Below are positions 18,933-27,514 of a DNA stretch of 53,855 nt, piece after piece. The stretch is from a virus (Duplodnaviria > Caudoviricetes). The notes under the pieces are model-generated. The model ran no database searches, was not told the DNA's origin, and saw nothing but the letters and a program-made list of their open reading frames with translations. The position numbers were made by a program, and so were the translations under genes. The stretch lies in IMG/VR virus record IMGVR_UViG_3300027771_000019, positions 1-53,855 of that record; one strand, given 5' to 3'. The first letter of the stretch is position 1. Each line of letters starts with the position of its first letter.

Positions 18933-19135
18933 GATGTGTATCCTCCACCTTTGGCTTTATATTGTTTGGCAACCATTTGAGCTTTACGTGCCGACCATTG
19001 GCCGGGACTTCCGCCTTTACCACTGGCCTTGACAGAGGCAACAAGAGACTTGCGCATAGTAGGCTTAGTATAATTACCAGCCGCATTAACGCCCGACTTC
19101 TTCTTCTTTGTAGAACCTGTAGTTGATTTCACCAC
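18929..19135 (-). CDS. Small basic protein
   Basis: NYTKPTMRK...GQWSARKAQMVAKQYKAKGGGY motif. Confidence 0.65.
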   Translation of the reverse strand: MVKSTTGSTKKKKSGVNAAGNYTKPTMRKSLVASVKASGKGGSPGQWSARKAQMVAKQYKAKGGGYTS

Positions 19136-19244
19136 GTGTCATTCCTATGTCTTTGAGCATCTCATCTGTCAGATTATTTAGCTGCCAGTACTCTGCTCGT
19201 CGCTGTTGGTGTACCTGTAGTTTCTTAATAAAGTTCTTAAACAT
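19086..19244 (-). CDS. DUF1127 (YjiS/CcaF1-like) small protein, 52 aa (not in ORF track)
   Basis: MFKNFIKKLQVHQQRRAEYWQLNNLTDEMLKDIGMTRGEI... matches L-x-x-L-[ST]-D-x-x-L-K-D-I-G-x-x-R-x-E-I; AAGGAG SD. Confidence 0.8.
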   Translation of the reverse strand: MFKNFIKKLQVHQQRRAEYWQLNNLTDEMLKDIGMTRGEINYRFYKEEEVGR

Positions 19245-19268
19245 GGCTTATCTCCTTTTACCAGAGAC

Positions 19269-19280
19269 AGTTATACCACA
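19269..19280 (-). promoter_or_regulatory. Extended -10 element TGTGGTATAACT upstream of the DUF1127 gene
   Basis: Same GTATAACT core as the other phage promoters; no matching -35. Confidence 0.5.
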
Positions 19281-19318
19281 TGTTAGCTTATCATTCTACA
19301 GACAAGATTGCAACCCCG

Positions 19319-19654
19319 TTATGCGTTTTTATTCTTGAGGTTATTTACTTGAGACTTCACCATGCCGCCCATGTTGTAAGTCATGACACCAGATTTAGTC
19401 ATGCCTTGGCGATTCATTGCTGTAGGCTTCTCATTCATCATAGGGCTATCTTTATTCATCATGCCACCCATATTGTAGCCACCTTTGTTATAGCCTGACA
19501 TTTTTTTCTTCTTAGCCATACCGCCCATGTTCATCTTGCCAACACCGTCAGCAGCATAGGCTGGTACCTTCTTGCCTTCTTTCATAACCATAGGCATTGA
19601 GCCACCTTTGTTATAGCCTGAAGTTTTCTTTTTCTTTGGTTTCATTCCGTACAT
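19319..19654 (-). CDS. Met/Gly/Lys-rich small protein with five [YM]N[KM]GG repeats
   Basis: YNKGG x2, MNMGG, YNMGG x2; 21-bp internal DNA duplication. Confidence 0.7.
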   Translation of the reverse strand: MYGMKPKKKKTSGYNKGGSMPMVMKEGKKVPAYAADGVGKMNMGGMAKKKKMSGYNKGGYNMGGMMNKDSPMMNEKPTAMNRQGMTKSGVMTYNMGGMVKSQVNNLKNKNA

Positions 19655-19655
19655 T

Positions 19656-20738
19656 TTATTTCCTTTTAAACTTTAACTTCCCAAAAGCATTTTCGTAATC
19701 ATCTTGTGATATTCCAAGGTCTTTTCTTTTTTTTGTGCTAATTTCTTTCACTTTAGATTTTACATCCTCATAACTAATAGCAGCTCTTAATCCTTTATCT
19801 TTATGTAAGTAATAAAGACTGCCAGCTTTTTTAGCTTCAACAAGAGTTTTATAATTACCTGCCCTAGCTTTAGCTTTTTCTTTACTTACAGTAGATTTTT
19901 TATCTTTAATTTTTTTATTTAAAACAAAAGTAAGAGCTTCTTTTTCTGCTTCATCTCCAACTCTTCTTAATTCTGGTATATTAGCCTCAAACAAAGCCCT
20001 TTTAATACCTTTTTTATAACTACTTTCATCCAATGGTTTTACATTTTTTTCTATTTTTGGTTCAAGTTTTGATTTAGGTGGGGGACGATTTTCTTTTTTT
20101 GTTATTTGCACTTCTAATTTTTTTTCTGCTAAGGCAAGTTTTTTCTTTGCTTCATCAACTTTTGTAGCTGCTCGTACTTTACGTGCAAGACTTCTTTTAT
20201 CTTTTGCAGTACTAAGATCACTACGTGCACGTTCTGCTTCTTTAAGTTTTTTTTCTGCGGCTTCCTTTTCTTTGTAAGCATCATATGCTACTTTACCTAT
20301 GCCCGCAACTGCAGCTATGTTTAAACCTTGGGCAAGACGTTTAGGTATAGTTGACTTAGATGTTGTGACTGGCTTGGGTGGTGCTTTTGGACCATCTAAA
20401 GGTTTCTTAGGTACTCTTTTAGGTAAAGATCCCACTGGACCATAATTTTTTAATTTTTCTAGGCCTTTGCTGCGAATCTTAGATTGAGGAACAGACTTTT
20501 GATTAGCTCCTCTTGGGGCTGGACCAGAAGGAGTTTTAGGTTTATCACCTTTAATCTTAGCCAATGCACGGGTAATAAGAGAAATAAGATTATTTTCTGT
20601 ACCATCTACAACTTTAATTTTACTGCTTATCTGTCCTTTTGTAGCTTTACGAAAACCTTTTGCTACAAGACGTTGTGCTATTTTTTTAGTTGCTGCTCGT
20701 ACTAGAACTCCTCCAAGGAAGTAAACTACTGGTACCAT
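19656..20738 (-). CDS. Lys-rich hypothetical protein (360 aa)
   Basis: Long ORF with GAGG SD, very basic, AT-rich. Confidence 0.65.
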   Translation of the reverse strand: MVPVVYFLGGVLVRAATKKIAQRLVAKGFRKATKGQISSKIKVVDGTENNLISLITRALAKIKGDKPKTPSGPAPRGANQKSVPQSKIRSKGLEKLKNYGPVGSLPKRVPKKPLDGPKAPPKPVTTSKSTIPKRLAQGLNIAAVAGIGKVAYDAYKEKEAAEKKLKEAERARSDLSTAKDKRSLARKVRAATKVDEAKKKLALAEKKLEVQITKKENRPPPKSKLEPKIEKNVKPLDESSYKKGIKRALFEANIPELRRVGDEAEKEALTFVLNKKIKDKKSTVSKEKAKARAGNYKTLVEAKKAGSLYYLHKDKGLRAAISYEDVKSKVKEISTKKRKDLGISQDDYENAFGKLKFKRK

Positions 20739-20762
20739 TTTCTTTAAACCTCTATGTCTAAT

Positions 20763-21056
20763 CTACCACTTGACTTTGTGGCTCCAATATTTTGCTGACA
20801 GTTTGCTCGTTGTCTTCCCTTGTGCATCATGTCTTGCGTAGTAACTTTTTTTACGGGCTTTATCTTTTGCAGTCTTGGGGGCTTTACCTGCGCCCTTAAC
20901 TCCCTGCTGACCAAACCTGATGAATTTATATGTATCATTTTCTTTCGCCATCACACAGTGAGATTTAGTTTTATGACTAGGAGTTCTCTTAGGTTTATTA
21001 ACACCCTTGAGTCCTTCCTCCTTCATCTTAGTCTTTACTCGTTCAGGGATAGCCAT
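20763..21056 (-). CDS. Small basic conserved phage protein
   Basis: NKPKRTPSHKTKSH...IRFGQQG...SYYARH...SAKYWSHKVKW. Confidence 0.7.
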   Translation of the reverse strand: MAIPERVKTKMKEEGLKGVNKPKRTPSHKTKSHCVMAKENDTYKFIRFGQQGVKGAGKAPKTAKDKARKKSYYARHDAQGKTTSKLSAKYWSHKVKW

Positions 21057-21141
21057 ATTAATATCCTAAAAAGTATTGGGGGAAACACTGACGCCCAGCT
21101 TAACCCCCAATTTAAATTATTTGAATAATCAAATATGACGC

Positions 21142-21528
21142 CTAAGCAAGAATTACTCTTACTGTAGCATTAGTACTAATAGCCCTCAACAAGTTCATTT
21201 TAACAGTTTGTGCTGTGGGACTTAGTGCTCTTTCCTCTGAAGGGTTTACTGCATTAGGTACAGCTAGAGTGTATGTTGTAGGTACATACACCACTGAGTC
21301 ATCAGAAGGTGTAAGCAGTCTTGGGACTTCAAGAATGAGGTCGTTAGCTGTTACAATATCTGCCTCTGCCGCAGTAAAACTAATATAAATTGGCAGAGTT
21401 GTATGCAGATAAATCATACTGGTAGCACTAACATCTACGTGCAACGTAGTAGTACTAACAGTTAATACAGTTTGTACACCCCAACCTAAAGCAGTACGTG
21501 CTCCTTGTAAGTTAGATTGATAAATCAT
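21142..21528 (-). CDS. Hypothetical virion protein
   Basis: Beta-rich ORF, AAGGGG SD. Confidence 0.55.
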   Translation of the reverse strand: MIYQSNLQGARTALGWGVQTVLTVSTTTLHVDVSATSMIYLHTTLPIYISFTAAEADIVTANDLILEVPRLLTPSDDSVVYVPTTYTLAVPNAVNPSEERALSPTAQTVKMNLLRAISTNATVRVILA

Positions 21529-21541
21529 TGGTTATTTCCCC

Positions 21542-22423
21542 TTAGACAATACCATAAAGATTAATCAACGAGTAGTCAGTGGTTACGTTGACAATCATAA
21601 CTGTACCAACTACCTGAATAACATCACCAGCCGCTGGACCTACAGCACCTGCAGCACCCAGAGGTACGGCGTGGTTGCCTACTACAAGTGTACCCGAAGT
21701 AAGTACAGTTTGTGGACCTGATACAGCCATCCAACCAAAGTGGGAAGCAGCCATATCAACAACAGTGACACCCATAGTTGCACCTGTAGTTGTAGCAGCT
21801 TGAACAATCAAAGCACTGAGAGGATCAGCAATAAGAGTAATCCGTGTGCTAGAAGAAGCTGTAAGAGCTGTTGCTAAATCATCATAAGTAGTAATGATAA
21901 TAGACGGGTCTGATGAGTGATCATGTGCTGGGTTAGAACGAATACGGAGCATCTGACCTTCACCTGCACCATCATTAATATACAAGTAACCACCTGCATA
22001 TTGATTAAGTGTAATGTCAGTGTCACCAGCAGTCTCAACAGAGATTGCAGTTTCACCAGCAGCTACGTCAGCAGTAGGAGCTAGATCAAAGTGGTGAGCA
22101 ATAGAGGCAGCGTGAGTTACACACTTACCTGCTGTTACTGCAGCAGAACCCATCTTACAGTAACGGTATGTAGTGTTACCGTACAGAAGCTTACTGCCGA
22201 TTGGAAACAGTTGGCTAGCACCTGAAGTAAACGGGTCTACTGTGCCATAAGTACTTGCACCTTTACCTACAATGTAATCAGTAGCAGCATAACCTGCAGC
22301 TTCAGTATACTGTACGTGTCCACCACCAGTAGTTTGTAGTCCACCTGTAATGTCAATGCCATTGCCAAATGTAATATTACTTTGGTACTCTTCAATACCT
22401 TCTGTGAGAATAGTTGTTGCCAT
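21542..22423 (-). CDS. Putative capsid decoration/structural protein
   Basis: Ala/Gly/Thr-rich; YRYCKMG and FGWMAVSGP motifs resemble cement-type proteins; AAGGA SD. Confidence 0.5.
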   Translation of the reverse strand: MATTILTEGIEEYQSNITFGNGIDITGGLQTTGGGHVQYTEAAGYAATDYIVGKGASTYGTVDPFTSGASQLFPIGSKLLYGNTTYRYCKMGSAAVTAGKCVTHAASIAHHFDLAPTADVAAGETAISVETAGDTDITLNQYAGGYLYINDGAGEGQMLRIRSNPAHDHSSDPSIIITTYDDLATALTASSSTRITLIADPLSALIVQAATTTGATMGVTVVDMAASHFGWMAVSGPQTVLTSGTLVVGNHAVPLGAAGAVGPAAGDVIQVVGTVMIVNVTTDYSLINLYGIV

Positions 22424-22484
22424 GATTTTATTTCCTTCTTTGTGGTATTACCACTTTGTTTGTTGCTGTGGGTATGCCACTATT

Positions 22485-22979
22485 TTATATTTTATTCTTA
22501 TTAAACGTTTTCATTGCTTTAGCCTGCGCTGGGGCAAAGTTACCATAAGGATTTACTTTACGTTTAGGCGTTGAGCGTTGTCCAAACATAGTGCTTTTTT
22601 TGTTTGTATTGACTGCTTGTTGATTAAACTTTTTCATATTATCTTGCATTAGTTTCAGGTAGTTACGTTTTAGTTGAGCTGTGTCGCCATAAAAAGATTT
22701 AGGGGAACGTTTTTGTTGACGAACTGGTCTGTTAGCTTCAAGGGCATCACGTTGTTGTTTAGCGAAAGCACGTCTTTGTACAAGTTCTTTTTGAGTTATA
22801 CCTTGCGGTTTTTTACCAGTAATAATATTCTTTAATTTCTTTTCAGTAGCAGGGCCAAACCTAGAGTTCTTCATTTGTTTTTGTTGAGCAGGTGTATGAG
22901 TTACCCCGCCACCAAAATGATAACCCTTCCCTTTAAGATTGTCAACAGACTTAATAGCAATGTGTTTTAAATTAGCCAT
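22485..22979 (-). CDS. Basic hypothetical protein (164 aa)
   Basis: ORF with GAGG SD; contains YHFGG. Confidence 0.6.
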   Translation of the reverse strand: MANLKHIAIKSVDNLKGKGYHFGGGVTHTPAQQKQMKNSRFGPATEKKLKNIITGKKPQGITQKELVQRRAFAKQQRDALEANRPVRQQKRSPKSFYGDTAQLKRNYLKLMQDNMKKFNQQAVNTNKKSTMFGQRSTPKRKVNPYGNFAPAQAKAMKTFNKNKI

Positions 22980-22987
22980 AATACCTC

Positions 22988-23437
22988 TTACATCATTTCA
23001 AAGTGCGGAGCATCTATGAACGGTCTACGACCTTGTGAACGACGAAGGTCTACATACTCATTCATAGCTTCTTCCATTGTTCCTGTAAAGTCACCAATGT
23101 CTCCTATGGTCCAAGCAGCACCCCACTTGATAGGTACCTCAAGTTTACAAGCAGCATCACCCATAGCATCAGCAAGGTCATCATACATGTTCAACTGCCA
23201 TGTAATGTTAGAACCTACGTAGGCTACTAGGTCCACTGCACGGCCCTCTAGGTGCTTACTCTTCATAGTTTGGCTAGCACCACTAGCTACAAGCTTCTCC
23301 TGCTCTTCTACGGTACGCATACCGCATGTGACACCGAAGTCTACTTTAGTGTTCTTAATAGCTTCTGTTACTACCCGGATCAGGTCAGGGTTAATTCCCT
23401 CAAGTCGGCCCATGCTACGTGTTGATAGTTTAAACAT
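22988..23437 (-). CDS. Endolysin, peptidase M15 (L-Ala-D-Glu peptidase-like)
   Basis: GMRTVEEQ, SKHLEGRAVD, DAPHFE zinc-binding motifs. Confidence 0.9.
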   Translation of the reverse strand: MFKLSTRSMGRLEGINPDLIRVVTEAIKNTKVDFGVTCGMRTVEEQEKLVASGASQTMKSKHLEGRAVDLVAYVGSNITWQLNMYDDLADAMGDAACKLEVPIKWGAAWTIGDIGDFTGTMEEAMNEYVDLRRSQGRRPFIDAPHFEMM

Positions 23438-23555
23438 CTTTATTCTCCGCTATGAGCTTTGCTTGCTCTCGTATTAACTGTTGCTGTTTCTCTAAAGCAA
23501 TGTACTGCTTGTCTAACTCTGATAGTTGAGGTAAAGGGATTACGTTACTAGTCAT
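23430..23555 (-). CDS. 41-aa coiled-coil peptide (not in ORF track)
   Basis: MTSNVIPLPQLSELDKQYIALEKQQQLIREQAKLIAENKDV; fills the gap and overlaps both neighbours. Confidence 0.5.
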   Translation of the reverse strand: MTSNVIPLPQLSELDKQYIALEKQQQLIREQAKLIAENKDV

Positions 23556-23950
23556 TTATTTAAATTATTTACAATTGTTTTCCAACCAAACCCAACAAAA
23601 TCTTTGATTGGTTTATTACCTTTATAAGCAGAAGTATTATAGGTTGGGTTTTCTTTGTCTTTTTGTTTTTTCAAGGCTTCTTGAATTAATCTTTCATTAC
23701 GTGTTTTAATTTTTTCAGCTTTAACTACAGTAGATACATCATCTTTAAGTTTTCTTTTTGTCTTGGTTACTTTTAAATCTTGTTTGGCTTTAGCATTAAC
23801 TTTACGTTCAGCCCGCTTTAGTTCTTTTCCTCTAGGAGACTTGTTAAATATATTAAGCATACGGTTACGTTGGTTAGGCTTTAATCCTTCCCACGCTTTC
23901 TTACTAATGCCTAAATTTTTATTCCAATCATCCATTGTTTTTACTTCCAA
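23552..23950 (-). CDS. Basic hypothetical protein
   Basis: AT-rich Lys-rich ORF; likely start at MDDWNK. Confidence 0.55.
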   Translation of the reverse strand: MEVKTMDDWNKNLGISKKAWEGLKPNQRNRMLNIFNKSPRGKELKRAERKVNAKAKQDLKVTKTKRKLKDDVSTVVKAEKIKTRNERLIQEALKKQKDKENPTYNTSAYKGNKPIKDFVGFGWKTIVNNLNK

Positions 23951-24290
23951 AGAACTTACTCACTGACCTCATACCTATAGATGCACTAACAATACCACCA
24001 AGGGCTATCTGGTACCACTGAGGCATAACCTCCAGTGCCTCAAAGCCTCTAGCTACGATATCATTACCCCAATCACCACAAAAGGCTAGGATTAGTGGGA
24101 TAGAGAATAGTAAAGTAATCCACTCATCTTTCCAGCTATTCTCTGTAGCCTTAATAGCAGCGATGTCCCAGTCAATCTCACCAGTAAGCTGCTTCTTCTT
24201 GATCTCAGCTTCGGTTAGTTTGAGTTGAGTCTTACCATCTATGATACTTGTGGCTAGACCCGTGAGACTTCCTATGAGTTGTCCTATCAT
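23928..24290 (-). CDS. Holin-like membrane protein
   Basis: SWKDEW followed by two hydrophobic segments and a basic tail; near the endolysin. Confidence 0.65.
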   Translation of the reverse strand: MIGQLIGSLTGLATSIIDGKTQLKLTEAEIKKKQLTGEIDWDIAAIKATENSWKDEWITLLFSIPLILAFCGDWGNDIVARGFEALEVMPQWYQIALGGIVSASIGMRSVSKFFGSKNNG

Positions 24291-24493
24291 TTCTTTTCAT
24301 TCCCCAACCACACAGCAAAGCAACCAGTGAGTGCACCCATACAGACTGACACTAGGCCAGACTGTTGGATAGATGGATCAGGTAGGCTCATGAACCAATG
24401 AACTGCTTGATAACTAAGAATAGTAACAGCAAGCATCATGATGCGGGGCATCAGTTGCCACTTAAGTACACGCTCCATGATGATCTCTGGCAT
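24287..24493 (-). CDS. Two-TM membrane protein (lysis-associated?)
   Basis: Start re-assigned to MPEIIM (GGGAG SD); two hydrophobic helices. Confidence 0.6.
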   Translation of the reverse strand: MPEIIMERVLKWQLMPRIMMLAVTILSYQAVHWFMSLPDPSIQQSGLVSVCMGALTGCFAVWLGNEKK

Positions 24494-24494
24494 A

Positions 24495-24746
24495 TTACTC
24501 CCAATCTCTTTTAAGTTTTGGTTTAAACACGTCTCTAGCAGCAAGATGACCCTCTAGGTACATGGCTCTCTCAATACGGTCTAGAGTATACTTGACGCCT
24601 GTGTCATTATGTATTGCTTCTCGTACATAGAATACATCAGACCTTGGAATGTGTACTCTACGTAGTCTGCTTTCGTCTTCGTCAGCTAGTGCTAGATAAA
24701 ATTCTTCTAGTACATTCTCACTGGTGTACATCTTTGGTTTGGACAT
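24495..24746 (-). CDS. Hypothetical protein, first late-strand gene, probably leaderless
   Basis: ATG lies 4 nt after TATAACT; no SD. Confidence 0.65.
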   Translation of the reverse strand: MSKPKMYTSENVLEEFYLALADEDESRLRRVHIPRSDVFYVREAIHNDTGVKYTLDRIERAMYLEGHLAARDVFKPKLKRDWE

Positions 24747-24750
24747 GACT

Positions 24751-24779
24751 AGTTATACCTATTTTGGCCCTGATGTCAA
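24751..24779 (-). promoter_or_regulatory. Promoter TTGACA-N16-TATAACT
   Basis: Exact motif match. Confidence 0.8.
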
Positions 24780-24816
24780 GAGGGAACGACAAAATACTTA
24801 AAAAATCTGGGTACAG

Positions 24817-24900
24817 TACTTAAAGTATACTCTAAGTATTATTATTACTTTATATATAAGTATTAATAAAACCTTAAGTAACTCTAAGTTACTTTAAGTA
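24817..24900. repeat. AT-rich imperfect palindrome TACTTAAAGTA...TTATATATAA...TACTTTAAGTA
   Basis: Inverted arms read directly; internal C(T/C)(C/T)TAAGT repeats. Confidence 0.75.
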
Positions 24901-24906
24901 TTCTTA

Positions 24907-24934
24907 ATTATACCACATAATGTTTAAAAGTCAA
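24907..24934 (-). promoter_or_regulatory. Promoter TTGACT-N16-TATAAT with extended -10 (TGG)
   Basis: Motif read on the minus strand. Confidence 0.7.
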
Positions 24935-25502
24935 GAGTTATCTTTAATAATCTACGATTACTTATTGAATACCTGTTCAATTAATACCTTAAGTGTTCTT
25001 AACGGCGAGGATGGGGTTACACATAGGGTAAAATACCCCCTGAGAGGCTCTGTGTCGCCCTCTAAGGGGTGGTCTAGGAGATTCATGGGGGTCTACCGCC
25101 TGTGGAGCTTAAGGCTTTGTACGGGATGATTTACATTGTGTGTGTGGATTATGTATTATACGTAGAAAAGGGGGGATTATGTATAGACATGGGGTAAAAG
25201 ATGATGTAGTTACCAATTGTATTTTACTCCCCGCTGGCATTGTGTGTGTACGTATACCCCGGCACCCCCCGTGGCCCATGCCCTACCCCTAGTTGATAGG
25301 TCAATGCTACTTACTTAATGTTATCCCTACACTAATCATGCTAACCTACTGATATCATTACGTTTTATACACAATAGAGGATTATCATGTAGAGAAAAGA
25401 CTAAAGTTTTCCACATGTTTTCAAGGTGTTAGCTTGTTTTGTTAAAGCCATGCATTAATACAACCCAAACCCTTAATGTATCACATGAACACCCTATCCC
25501 CC

Positions 25503-25554
25503 TAAACATTATGTATAAACATTATGAGTAAACATTGTGTGTAAACATTATGCC
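25503..25554 (+). repeat. Four tandem 13-bp iteron-like repeats TAAACATT(A/G)TGnn
   Basis: Copies start at 25503, 25516, 25529, 25542; followed by an AT-rich tract. Confidence 0.85.
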
Positions 25555-25685
25555 AATACTTTATCTTTATATATTACGACCTATACTTATCTGATTATAT
25601 TATAGGTAAACATTGTTGATATATCTTATTAGTAATAAATACCTGTAAGTTATTCTTATGATATTTATATGTAATTATTACTGGT

Positions 25686-25787
25686 AATCTACCCTATTCA
25701 CCACAACCTTAACTTGCGAATCACCCTATTGCTACACAACCTAGAATGATTGTAATGACTATCTAAGGTTGCCGAATCACCCTATTG
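25686..25787 (+). repeat. Dispersed repeat CGAATCACCCTATTG (x2, plus one partial copy)
   Basis: 25717-25731, 25773-25787; partial AATCTACCCTATT at 25686. Confidence 0.8.
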
Positions 25788-25964
25788 ATTTCTCTTTATA
25801 GTTGTGCTGTACAAGTAATAATTACAAGTAAATGTTTCCATAATAACCTGTTTTTTCGTTAAAACCATACTAATTATAATGATAAATATATCCTTTATAA
25901 TGTAAAACCAACCTTTTAAGACCTATCTGTAGCTCGTTTTATTGTTATTGAGAGTTAAGTTTTT

Positions 25965-26611
25965 TGGATGTCGCTACCCACCTAGGGAAAGCCCCACAAG
26001 ATGAACTACCCCGCCAGTCTGGACCTCTAACCGGATTGAACGGCTCTTAAGCTTTAGAGGATACCTAGTGACGACCTACTAAACGACCTAACGGTTATAA
26101 CTATTTTGGAGATGTTTCGGAGACATCAAACCCCAACAAGTTCTTTAAGCTCGGTTGGAGAGACATAGGTTATAAAGCGGATTTGGAATTGTATTAGTAG
26201 AGGTGATAGGGTTGAGCGTATCGGTTGTACAGCTTGAATTGACAAGCTGGAGAGGTCTTTTGATTGACCGTACAATAATAGCAAGGTCGGCCAATGGTCA
26301 CAGCAATGTGAAACATTCGGAGACATCACTTGCGCCGATAAACAGTAGGCTATAAGCCTGCTAGTCTTGTCTGTTTTGACAATAAAAACACCTTAATCGG
26401 TGGGCTTCAAATGCTCTTGGCAATGTTCTTGCCATAGGAAAAGCGGGAAGATTGACCAGACTGATCATTAAAATGGTGGGTATCGTGGGTCATATAAAAT
26501 TTCCAGTAGGGGTGTTACTCTGCCTAAGCCTAGCCAACTAGGTCTTACCGTATGGTATGGGGCGGAGTGCATCTAAGGGCGTCCTATGGTGGGGCGTCCT
26601 TTATTGCACTC
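25965..26611 (+). ncRNA. Candidate large structured RNA / early leader
   Basis: No credible ORF; dense run of hairpins with G-U pairs favouring the plus strand. Confidence 0.45.
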
Positions 26612-26629
26612 TTATGGAAAGATAAAATC

Positions 26630-27148
26630 ATGGTAAACGTAGTCACAAAAATGTTTAAAGATGCCGAGATTGACGCCCAAATTGTCAAGGTCAATGGTTC
26701 GGCTATGTCGCTGCAACAGAAAATTCACAATGTCGCTGTGTCCATACTCAAGGTATGGCATGACGAAAAGGGTGTTGAGGGTGCGGCTCTAAAAGCTGTC
26801 GCTCGTATCAATGCTTTGCAGGATGCGTCCCCGTATCATACCCGTGCTTTCTCGGTGTGGGTTGGTATGATGTTGCCCCTTGAGTGGGCAGCCGAAAACA
26901 AGGTTTGGTTTGGTGATGTCAATGGTGTGTTGACTGGCAAAATGTTTATTGCCGCCCGTGATCTACCCTTCTGGAAAGCGTCACCTCCACCCCAAGCTCA
27001 ACCTTTTATCATGGCTGATGAATTGCAGCGTATATTGGACAAGGCCGTTAAGCGCGCCGATAACCCCAAGGATGGTGATGTTGTTGATGTCGCTGCGTTC
27101 AAGCACCTGCGTGATGCGATCAAGGTATTCAATGCGGTGGTTGAATAA
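26630..27148 (+). CDS. First early protein (hypothetical, 172 aa)
   Basis: Start re-assigned to MVNVVTK after GGAAAG SD. Confidence 0.75.
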   Translation: MVNVVTKMFKDAEIDAQIVKVNGSAMSLQQKIHNVAVSILKVWHDEKGVEGAALKAVARINALQDASPYHTRAFSVWVGMMLPLEWAAENKVWFGDVNGVLTGKMFIAARDLPFWKASPPPQAQPFIMADELQRILDKAVKRADNPKDGDVVDVAAFKHLRDAIKVFNAVVE

Positions 27149-27166
27149 TCAAGGTGGTTACTGGAT

Positions 27167-27245
27167 AAGCGCCCCATGTGTAAGCGTGGGGTGTTTTCTT
27201 GTGTCCAACTGAGCACTAGCACCCTGCGTATAGCGTGGGGCGTTT
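27167..27245 (+). terminator. Two related GC-rich hairpins (terminator or RNase III-like sites)
   Basis: AAGCGCCCCATG/CGTGGGGTGTTT followed by Ts; AGCACCCTGCG/CGTGGGGCGTTT. Confidence 0.55.
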
Positions 27246-27268
27246 CTATTTTTGGAAAGGGTAAACCA

Positions 27269-27493
27269 ATGAACTATAAGAAAAATATCCAGTGGACTGT
27301 TCGTTACTATGGTGTGAGCGACAAGCTACCTATAGGCGTACAGACGTTTGATGACAGGGAACGCGCTTCAGCCCACTATCTTGAGAAACTATTCTTGGCA
27401 AACGATGATGACATTACACCATTGCCACGCATGTTTGAGGAGACAATAGAAACAATCAGCCAAGAAGTCAGACTTGCGTGGGAGGATGTGTAA
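27269..27493 (+). CDS. Early hypothetical protein
   Basis: Start re-assigned to MNYKKN after GGAAAGGG. Confidence 0.6.
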   Translation: MNYKKNIQWTVRYYGVSDKLPIGVQTFDDRERASAHYLEKLFLANDDDITPLPRMFEETIETISQEVRLAWEDV

Positions 27494-27514
27494 CTATGGG
27501 AAGGAAAAATAGCC

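Noticed and set aside
24988-25003. CtrA box (TTAA-N7-TTAAC)
   Set aside because: Spacing is N6 (TTAA-GTGTTC-TTAAC) in an AT-rich context
25503-25554. CRISPR mini-array
   Set aside because: 13-bp tandem units with no unique spacers; no cas genes
25980-26000. RNase P-like GGAAAG motif, or other known ribozyme cores in the non-coding region
   Set aside because: Only a short partial match; no complementary P4 strand, no hammerhead CUGANGA/GAAA pair, no group I P7 motifs recognised
26552-26629. N-terminal extension of the first early ORF as given in the track
   Set aside because: It overlaps a long RNA hairpin and lacks an SD; the ATG at 26630 has a proper SD
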